From positions 1-24,586 of the forward strand of contig CAZJUB010000015.1 of the NCBI GenBank assembly GCA_964549075.1: 24,586 nt of DNA, given 5' to 3'. Numbering within the stretch: position 1 is the first letter of the stretch; every line of letters begins with the position of its first letter. The stretch is from an uncultured archaeon. GTDB lineage: Archaea; Asgardarchaeota; Heimdallarchaeia; Heimdallarchaeales; Heimdallarchaeaceae. The notes under the pieces were generated by a model. It ran no database searches and had not been told where the DNA came from. It worked only from the letters and a program-made list of their open reading frames with translations. Shown in pieces: positions 18,075 through 24,586 of the stretch. A program made the position numbers and the translations under genes.

Positions 18075-18960
18075 CATCCTCACCTATGTTTAAAACAATT
18101 TTTTCTTGCACTATTCTGTTTCTTCTGTAATTTCGATAATATAGAGCTAATATTATTACATCTAAGATTACCCAACAGACACTTATAACAATTGTAGATG
18201 TTCCTGTGTTGTTTGCAGAAACTAAATCATAAGTAATATGCATCAGCATAACCATCAATAAACTTCCTCCGGATTTGTTGAAAAGGTAAGTAAAAACTAA
18301 AGTTCCGCTAAACAATAGCAAAGGCATTACTGTAAAAGCAAATACCAGATCATACCTGTAGAAAAACATTGGTAGATGCCACATCCACCAAATTACTGTG
18401 ATTATTACTGAGCTTATTAAAGCATTCCATCTTCTTTGCAAATTAGGGAGTAAGAAACCTCTCCATCCAATTTCTTCAAATATACCATAGAAGAGGCTAC
18501 TAAAAGGAAACAACCACACATATCCCAAATATTCAGTTTTGAGACTTTCGATCAACACACTAAATGTGAAATTTCCTGTTAATTGGTCTATAGGGAAAAC
18601 AACAAGGAAAACCAATAATGGTATCAGAGCAATAATTAGAGACATAATACCTGAATATTTTAAACATCGTTTCAAAAGATCTTTAATTCCTTCCTTTCCT
18701 TTCCATTTTCCTATAACGATGATTCCTGCTATTGCAGGTCCAAAAGAACCAAGAACATGCCAAAATTCTCGGATAACAGGATTTAATTGATCATAAAATG
18801 GAATCAGAGGAAACAAGATCATCCAAGTTATACCATATGCTAAAATTATGTATAGTAGTGTGGGTTTACTTTTGAACAAGCTTTTTCCATGAAATTTAAA
18901 TAACGAATCCCTTTCAATGTAAAGCTCTTTATTTCTAAAATTTAATGTTTCATCACTCAT
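18064..18960 (-). CDS. CPBP/CAAX (Rce1/Abi) intramembrane glutamic protease
   Basis: EEIGWRG, WWMWHLP and MLMH motifs in a multi-TM protein. Confidence 0.92.
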   Translation of the reverse strand: MSDETLNFRNKELYIERDSLFKFHGKSLFKSKPTLLYIILAYGITWMILFPLIPFYDQLNPVIREFWHVLGSFGPAIAGIIVIGKWKGKEGIKDLLKRCLKYSGIMSLIIALIPLLVFLVVFPIDQLTGNFTFSVLIESLKTEYLGYVWLFPFSSLFYGIFEEIGWRGFLLPNLQRRWNALISSVIITVIWWMWHLPMFFYRYDLVFAFTVMPLLLFSGTLVFTYLFNKSGGSLLMVMLMHITYDLVSANNTGTSTIVISVCWVILDVIILALYYRNYRRNRIVQEKIVLNIGEDDEN

Positions 18961-18976
18961 ATTGTCACCACAATTT

Positions 18977-19450
18977 TTATTCTAAATTCACTGAATTTCT
19001 AGCTTTATTAGGAAATCTCATATCTAGTAATTTGATTCCGACGCCATAAGTTGTAATTCTCTTTGAAGGTATTAATTTAACACAGACCATATCTTCAAGA
19101 AGATCATTTTCTTTTGCATGCTCGATAAATTCTGCTAAATTTCTTTTTGTTTCTTCTTCGTCTACAGAGATTATATGGGCTGTAGCTCTAAAATGTATTT
19201 CAGCAGGAGGAGCTGGAATAAGTTTGTGTAAAAAATTCTTCCTAAATGGAATTGCTACTGCAACTTTGTTGTTTTTCTTAATATTCCTCACTTTTAAAGA
19301 GGAACTGCTGGTTGTAAAATAGAGATAATTACCATCACTTTTATACATAACAACTGAACTCTGAGGTTGATTGTCATCATCGGAAGTAGCTAAAACCAAC
19401 CAGATATTGTTCTTCATTATTTTTCTAATTTCTTGAATTAGTTTTGTCAA
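18977..19450 (-). CDS. Pyridoxamine 5'-phosphate oxidase-like (FMN/F420 split barrel) protein
   Basis: VLATS..PQSSVV..LYFTT..SLKVRNIKKNNKVAV. TTG start with a GGTGA RBS. Confidence 0.85.
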   Translation of the reverse strand: MTKLIQEIRKIMKNNIWLVLATSDDDNQPQSSVVMYKSDGNYLYFTTSSSSLKVRNIKKNNKVAVAIPFRKNFLHKLIPAPPAEIHFRATAHIISVDEEETKRNLAEFIEHAKENDLLEDMVCVKLIPSKRITTYGVGIKLLDMRFPNKARNSVNLE

Positions 19451-19601
19451 CTTTTTTCACCGTTTAAATCTGTCTAAATGCTATAGAACAAACACGTTTA
19501 TATATATTTTTATTTAGAATATTTTATTTAATAATATTGCTGTGTGCTCTTAGAAAAACGTAGAATCTATTTGAGAAAAACACAAGAAGAATGCAGTATA
19601 A

Positions 19602-19792
19602 AAATCCAAACCTGAAAATTCAGGCAAAGAAATAAATTCAGAATCTAGCGATTACAAAACAAGAGTTACACCTGACAGAAAATTTCTTTTTTTCAGTAGT
19701 AATAGAAAAAAGAAAGAACTCAACATGGTGTGTAAAATCTCTACTGGGTTAAAGCGGAGATTCTTCAGGATCTGAGACAGAAATATTTCTAA
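19602..19792 (+). pseudogene. Remnant of a PD40/TolB-like WD40 beta-propeller gene (last repeat and C-terminus)
   Basis: Frame A gives SKPENSGKEINSESSDYKTRVTPDRKFLFFSSNR; after a frameshift it continues NLYWVKAEILQDLRQKYF*. An in-frame TAA lies at 19599 and there is no start. Confidence 0.65.
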
Positions 19793-19796
19793 CAGC

Positions 19797-20333
19797 TCAA
19801 TATGAAAGTGACATCTCTAAAATTTTGTTTATAGTTCTCCAGTTTCTAGTAGTAGCTGTTACGTTCAATTTTTTTTCAAAGAAATTATTGTTTAATTTTG
19901 TTTTACCAGATCCATAAGGTAAATAGAGATGAATCTCCTTTCCTTGTATTTGAAATTCTTCTTCACTTTTTTTAGCAAAAGATAATTCTTCATATGGATA
20001 ATCAGATTTATCTTCAGAAAGAAAAGTAACCAATACTTTACTCAAATCTTTCTTTGAAAAAGGACTATTCTTAACTATTTTCTCAAGTTCTTCTTGAGTT
20101 CTAAGTATGACATCAACTGTATAACCATACTTCTTTTCAATTTGTGTTGTAATCAATTCTTTAATCTCAGAAGTATCACTAATAGAGCTATAGAAAATTA
20201 TATTTCCACTTTGTATATAGGTTAGTACTTGATGAAAACCTAATGATTCATATAGAGCTTTAAGTTCGTTCATCTTAATTTTCTTCTGACCACTTACATT
20301 TATTCCTCGTAACATCGAGATGAATACAACCAT
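19797..20333 (-). CDS. DUF1697 family protein
   Basis: LRGINVSG, TYIQSGN and TTRNWRT signature motifs. Confidence 0.92.
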   Translation of the reverse strand: MVVFISMLRGINVSGQKKIKMNELKALYESLGFHQVLTYIQSGNIIFYSSISDTSEIKELITTQIEKKYGYTVDVILRTQEELEKIVKNSPFSKKDLSKVLVTFLSEDKSDYPYEELSFAKKSEEEFQIQGKEIHLYLPYGSGKTKLNNNFFEKKLNVTATTRNWRTINKILEMSLSY

Positions 20334-20478
20334 ATGAAAAAGATATTAAAAAGAAGTTAAAAGATTTCGATTTAACGAAATTTGATGAAATAATAAAGCA
20401 TAATAATTCTGTAACAGGTGTTTAAAATACCCGAGAAACATTAAAAAGTAATTTTACTATAATTTTAATGGTGATCAA

Positions 20479-20733
20479 ATGAGTAATGTAAAAGTAGCTT
20501 CTGTTTTCAAATTTTTCGCTAAACCTAGTGTTGCAGCGTTAGAAGTAGAAGAAGAAATAAAGCTAGGAGATAAGTTGTTGTTTAAAGGAGCAACAACAGA
20601 TTTTAAGATGACTGTAACCTCAATGCAAATCGAAGGAGAAAACGTTGAAGCTGTTAAAAAAGGGCAACAAGTTGGAATTAAAACACTTGAAAGAGTTCGT
20701 CCTGGTGACATTGTTTTTAAAATCAGTGATTAG
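20479..20733 (+). CDS. Stand-alone EF-Tu domain II-like / U32 C-terminal-like beta-barrel protein
   Basis: FFAKPSVAA..IKLGD..KGATTDF..VTSMQI..GQQVGIK..VRPGDIVF, with a GGTGA RBS. Confidence 0.75.
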   Translation: MSNVKVASVFKFFAKPSVAALEVEEEIKLGDKLLFKGATTDFKMTVTSMQIEGENVEAVKKGQQVGIKTLERVRPGDIVFKISD

Positions 20734-20786
20734 AGATTATAAGAAATAAGTTAGAGAGAATTATCAGAAGATAGAAAGAATAGTTT

Positions 20787-21167
20787 TTATCTTGTTTCCT
20801 TTATTCCACCTATTAAGAACAAGATTCCACCAATTAAAACTAATATTCCTCCTGTTCCACCTGCAATTAAACCTAAAACTATCAAAACTATTCCTAAAAT
20901 GACTCGATTTCTTATCGGAGTACTCATATTAAATTGTATTTGTAACCAATCCCAAACAAGAATCAAAACTGCTAAACCAAGAAGTATCATAATTATACCA
21001 TTTAAAATTCTTATTCCTGAAAAACTTAAGAAAGAAAGTTCTCCAACAATTCCAATTGAATCTGATATCGTTGTCAAAATTCCTTGAATAACCAGAAAGA
21101 AACCACCTATAATTGAGTCAATGTAACCAGCACTTGACCAATTTACCTTATAAACAATTACAGTCAT
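20787..21167 (-). CDS. Small Gly-rich membrane protein
   Basis: About 4 TM helices and a C-terminal GGTGGILVLIGGIL glycine motif. Confidence 0.7.
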   Translation of the reverse strand: MTVIVYKVNWSSAGYIDSIIGGFFLVIQGILTTISDSIGIVGELSFLSFSGIRILNGIIMILLGLAVLILVWDWLQIQFNMSTPIRNRVILGIVLIVLGLIAGGTGGILVLIGGILFLIGGIKETR

Positions 21168-21234
21168 ATAGAATGAATATAACTTTTGATTTAAAAATCT
21201 GCTTAAAAAAAAGGATAAGAAATGGTTAAAGATA

Positions 21235-22188
21235 TCAAGAATTTCTAGACATCACATAACCAATTCTCGATGGTTCATTAAGGAAAGGTTCTATGTATTC
21301 AGCAAAAATCTTGGTTCTTTGATTGTTTGTCCAAGAAAATTTCTTTAAATCATATTTTTCTGCTTCTTTTGTTAGAAAACTGATAAAATATGGATATATT
21401 TCTTTTACTTCAGGTAGAATAGCTACAGCAGCAATTTGAGCTGTTTCTGGAGCACCTTTAGACCAAAAAGCTCTACCTATGCCTAAAATCTCACCATTCT
21501 TTTCAATAACAGCTGGTAAATGGTTTTCCAATCTTAATTTTTTCTTTTGAGTTTTTCCAAATGTTTTCTTATATTTTTTCGCCAAGTTATTCATTTCAGG
21601 TATTTCATTTATTATTCTAGTCAGTTTGGTAAGATCTTCTTTTGTAGCTAGCCTGATTTTATACCCATCCAAATTTGAATCAACTTCTAATGGAATTTCT
21701 TGAAAGTATTCCTTTATAGAATAATCTTCAATAAAACCATATTTTTTATAGAGATGAAGTGCTGCTTCGTTTGTATTGTTTACTGATAATTTGATAGTTT
21801 TGTGACTGTATTCTTTAATAATTTTTTTCATGACAATATTCCCAATTCCTCTTCCTTGAAAGTTAGGCCTTGTGAAAAGATTCCCTAACTCATATGAATC
21901 AGTTTTTTTATCAAAAATCATTGTATATCCAGCAACAACTTGTCCTTCATATTCAATGAAAAAATCTTTCATATTTTTTGCAAGAATCTTGAAAGGAACA
22001 CCTAACAAAAATCTATTAATCATACAGATTTTTTTCAAAACAGCGAAATCTATACCTATGATATTCTCTGAGAAATCCCTCGTAGATTCAAAAGCAGATT
22101 CATAAAAAAACATTCTTTCTTTTTCTTTTATCCTTCTGAATTTTAAATTTTCTTTTTTTACTCTGTTGTCTGGGTTCATACTAATCAC
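21235..22188 (-). CDS. Tandem GNAT N-acetyltransferase
   Basis: Acetyl-CoA motif PNFQGRGIG and NEAALHLYKKYGF, plus a second degenerate GNAT domain. Start is GTG 22188 or ATG 22179. Confidence 0.88.
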   Translation of the reverse strand: MISMNPDNRVKKENLKFRRIKEKERMFFYESAFESTRDFSENIIGIDFAVLKKICMINRFLLGVPFKILAKNMKDFFIEYEGQVVAGYTMIFDKKTDSYELGNLFTRPNFQGRGIGNIVMKKIIKEYSHKTIKLSVNNTNEAALHLYKKYGFIEDYSIKEYFQEIPLEVDSNLDGYKIRLATKEDLTKLTRIINEIPEMNNLAKKYKKTFGKTQKKKLRLENHLPAVIEKNGEILGIGRAFWSKGAPETAQIAAVAILPEVKEIYPYFISFLTKEAEKYDLKKFSWTNNQRTKIFAEYIEPFLNEPSRIGYVMSRNS

Positions 22189-22198
22189 ATATTAATAT

Positions 22199-22248
22199 AA
22201 AAAATTCAGGTCTAACGGATTAAGTAGTATCTAGACCTGAGACTTTCT
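22199..22248 (-). terminator. Hairpin plus U6 tract (terminator/attenuator) overlapping the stop codon of the leader ORF
   Basis: Minus strand reads TCAGGTCTA-N17-TAGACCTGA-A-TTTTTT. The 9-bp stem is perfect and extends 7 bp (AGAAAGT/ATTTTTT) with one bulged C and G-U pairs. Confidence 0.6.
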
Positions 22249-22331
22249 TTTTCCAATTCAACTTGTTTAACCATATTCATTTTAGCTATTCTCTTTTCAA
22301 TGTCCATTTTTCTTCTCATATCTATGTCCAT
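22212..22331 (-). CDS. Unannotated 39-aa small protein / leader peptide MDIDMRRKMDIEKRIAKMNMVKQVELEKESLRSRYYLIR
   Basis: ATG preceded by RBS GGTGG at 5-nt spacing, TATA TTTATATT upstream (22402-22395), a 40-codon open frame and helical charged composition. Confidence 0.65.
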   Translation of the reverse strand: MDIDMRRKMDIEKRIAKMNMVKQVELEKESLRSRYYLIR

Positions 22332-22350
22332 AATGACCACCAAACCTAAA

Positions 22351-22435
22351 TTCGATGTTCGAATTACTTCGACAATCGTATTAATCAAAAGTACAATATA
22401 AATTTTTCGATGTTCGAATTAATTTGATAATCGAA
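22351..22435. promoter_or_regulatory. Four palindromic operators TTCGA-N3-TCGAA in two tandem pairs
   Basis: Sites: 22351-63 TTCGATGTTCGAA, 22368-80 TTCGACAATCGTA, 22406-18 TTCGATGTTCGAA and 22423-35 TTTGATAATCGAA. Period is 17 bp within pairs and 55 bp between pairs. Confidence 0.75.
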
Positions 22436-22469
22436 CATTTTATATATAAAAAATCGAAACCTATAATAC

Positions 22470-23306
22470 ATGTCTAAAACAGTAAAATATGCTAAAAAAG
22501 TGTTAGATAAACGTTTTGAAAAACTGTTCGAGAATGAAACACGGTATGGTATCGTAATGGCAATCCGTACTTTTGGTTCCATGAATATCAAAAAACTAGC
22601 AAGAATCATGGGAAAAACAGAAAGTACAATTCACCATCATATTACAGAAATGATAAAAGAGCCAGAAGTTTTAGTCATAGATAATGAAAAAACAACTTCA
22701 ACAAGAGGGATTTATTACAAATTATCAGAAATTACAAAAGAGAGATACCCAAGAGATAAAGAGACCCTTTTCGAAGAAGAGATTCCAACATTAATGAATC
22801 GAGTTTTACAGCTTACAGATGAAGAAATAGCTAAAATGATGTTTTATCGTATGATAAACCAGCCAGATTTTGGAAAAATAGCTCAAAGTATCAAACGATC
22901 GTTATCTTACTATAGAAATATAGAAAATTTCATAGTTAATAGCTTTGAAAGATCTGAAAATGCAATGCGAGAAGGACTAAAACCAGTAAATTTAAACTAT
23001 CCATTTGGCTCTAGTACTATACTGGGGATTGATTTGAAAGTATCAAAAACTAAACACAATTTAGAAATAGCACAAGCAACTTCAGAATTCTTTGCGAAAT
23101 TAGTAAAACTTAATCAAAAATTCAAGAAAGAAATGGATGAAGAAGGAGTAAAAGAAGAAGATAGAATACAGGTTTATTATTATCTCTTTGGTGGAGAATT
23201 AATGGATTTTAAATTTGAAAAAGATGATAATTTTAATCTTAATGAATATATCAAACCAATTGAAAAGAAAATTCAAAAAGTGTATGAAGGAATAGAAGAG
23301 AATTAA
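22470..23306 (+). CDS. ArsR-like winged-helix transcriptional regulator with C-terminal extension
   Basis: NETRYGIVMAIRTFGSMNIKKLARIMGKTESTIHHHITEM...RGIYYKLS. TTTATATA begins 31 nt upstream. Confidence 0.85.
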   Translation: MSKTVKYAKKVLDKRFEKLFENETRYGIVMAIRTFGSMNIKKLARIMGKTESTIHHHITEMIKEPEVLVIDNEKTTSTRGIYYKLSEITKERYPRDKETLFEEEIPTLMNRVLQLTDEEIAKMMFYRMINQPDFGKIAQSIKRSLSYYRNIENFIVNSFERSENAMREGLKPVNLNYPFGSSTILGIDLKVSKTKHNLEIAQATSEFFAKLVKLNQKFKKEMDEEGVKEEDRIQVYYYLFGGELMDFKFEKDDNFNLNEYIKPIEKKIQKVYEGIEEN

Positions 23307-23479
23307 AGTTTACTAATGACTAGTTTTCACTAAATAAACTAAGTTTCAACTACTTAAAAACACATTTTTGCAATTTATTTGGATAGTAGTGAATTCAGTC
23401 TAGAATTCTTGTTTTTTTTTGTTGTACATATCATATCAGAATAGAAAATAATAAATATCAAGCAATTATCAGACCAGAC

Positions 23480-23508
23480 TTTCCAAATGTTTATATATAG
23501 ATTGGAAA
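23480..23508. promoter_or_regulatory. Inverted repeat TTTCCAA...TTGGAAA bracketing the TATA box of the secreted-protein gene
   Basis: 7-bp arms with a 15-nt spacer that contains TTTATATA (23490). Outer GACTTT/AAAGTC arms are also present. Confidence 0.45.
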
Positions 23509-23520
23509 ATAAAGTCCGTT

Positions 23521-23979
23521 ATGAAATTTAACAAGTTTCTCAAAATCACGTTTTTTACATTAATAATTCTGATGTTATTTCAAAACAGTAGAATAACTGC
23601 TCGAACATGTACAATCAACATTGATTACATTGGATATTGCGATTTAGACAATGATGGTAAGAATGATGACGTTTATGCAGAAGTTTTTATTACAATGTGG
23701 GAAGGAACTAATTTTCTTACTTTAGAAGCTAGTTTAAAGTTCCATGGTCAATTAATTTATTCAATTTATCGAGACAATCATGTTAGAACAGAAAGTGAGA
23801 TTACATATAGATTCTATTTCTACAATGCTACATATGAAGCAGGTTGGTATGTATTTAGTGTTTGGTTTCAAATAACAAATGGAGAAAATTCAGCATATCT
23901 GCACAGAGTTAAAGCTTTCGATCCACCAGAAGGAGATCCTGACTATCCTCCAGGTGGAGGATTAGATCCAGGACCATAA
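23521..23979 (+). CDS. Small secreted beta-sandwich protein with DxDxDG Ca-binding-like loop and Pro/Gly tail
   Basis: Signal peptide (MKFNKFLK-hydrophobic-ITA), DLDNDGKNDD and C-terminal FDPPEGDPDYPPGGGLDPGP. Confidence 0.75.
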   Translation: MKFNKFLKITFFTLIILMLFQNSRITARTCTINIDYIGYCDLDNDGKNDDVYAEVFITMWEGTNFLTLEASLKFHGQLIYSIYRDNHVRTESEITYRFYFYNATYEAGWYVFSVWFQITNGENSAYLHRVKAFDPPEGDPDYPPGGGLDPGP

Positions 23980-24033
23980 CAATGTGTTTTAGTGTTTAAA
24001 ACTTATGAGAAATAAATAGTAGTGGTTTAGTTG

Positions 24034-24586
24034 ATGGGATTTCCAAAAAACACAACTCAAATTGTTCAATTAATAGAAAATTATCCTCTTGAATCTTACA
24101 GTGAGTTAGCTAAAAAAGCAAACATATCAATACAAACATTTATCCGAAGAGTTGAAGAACTGAGATCTACAGGTATAATAGGAAAAATTCATAGTTCTCT
24201 TAATCCTGAAAGTTTACAATTAGAGCGACATTTGGTTATTTTTAAAACATCCACTATAAAGGAAATTAAATCTTTAGAATTAGCGTGTGACAAACATCCA
24301 TATACATCTTCAAGAAATAGGATATTTGGTACTGATTATGGATTATATGCTGTTTTTGATATACCAGAAAATTCTAAGAAAAATCTTGATATTTTCTTAG
24401 ATTATTTAGCTAAGAACAATTTATGTAAAAGCTATGAAACATATAAATCAATAGGAAAAAGGATTTTTCACCCACAACCATTTTATAATAATATAATTGA
24501 TTTAGATGATTTTGATATTGAAGACTATTTTAAACAAAACAAACAGTGTAAGAAAGCCATGTCTAAAGGGAGAGAGTCTGAAGGGA
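24034..24586 (+). CDS. Lrp/AsnC-family wHTH regulator, 5' part (runs off window)
   Basis: Manual translation MGFPKNTTQIVQLIENYPLESYSELAKKANISIQTFIRRVEELRSTGII...LNPESLQLE...CDKHPYTSSRNRIFG, open to the window end. Confidence 0.8.
   Translation, partial: MGFPKNTTQIVQLIENYPLESYSELAKKANISIQTFIRRVEELRSTGIIGKIHSSLNPESLQLERHLVIFKTSTIKEIKSLELACDKHPYTSSRNRIFGTDYGLYAVFDIPENSKKNLDIFLDYLAKNNLCKSYETYKSIGKRIFHPQPFYNNIIDLDDFDIEDYFKQNKQCKKAMSKGRESEG

Noticed and set aside
18064-18960. CPBP 'Abi' protein as a phage abortive-infection system
   Set aside because: The Abi label for this family is historical. The motifs indicate an intramembrane protease and there is no defence context.
20324-20425. Protein-like open frame (EKDIKKKLKDFDLTKFDEIIK...)
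   Set aside because: No start codon after the upstream TGA, and it lies in an A-rich divergent promoter region.
22351-22435. Repeats as a mini-CRISPR or transposon end
   Set aside because: The units are 13-bp palindromes with 4-nt gaps, with no spacer-length unique sequences and no cas or transposase gene. They fit operators.
13298-22609. ORFs 13298-13516, 18539-18790, 20475-20711, 20899-21087, 21872-22105 and 22385-22609
   Set aside because: Each is antisense to a motif-bearing gene, and 22385-22609 also crosses the operator array.

Overview
AT-rich (~30% GC by eye), gene-dense archaeal DNA. It is most consistent with an Asgard archaeon (Heimdallarchaeia-like); this is an inference from an Arf-family GTPase, a CWH43/PGAP2IP-like protein, TATA-box promoters, GGTGA ribosome-binding sites and typical wHTH, beta-helix and solute-binding surface proteins. 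About 27 CDS are present and no rRNA, tRNA, CRISPR array or mobile element was seen. The window holds a possible lipid-remodelling group (patatin, CWH43-like, methyltransferase, HxxxDG acyltransferase), an Arf GTPase, a creatinase-like M24 enzyme, a membrane-anchored wHTH regulator with a beta-helix partner and two decayed gene remnants. The main highlights are: (1) an unannotated 39-aa leader peptide whose stop codon lies in a hairpin followed by a U-tract upstream of a tandem GNAT gene, next to four palindromic operators and a divergent wHTH gene; (2) a circularly permuted orphan family-5 solute-binding protein; (3) a second wHTH/GNAT divergon with its own operator pair.
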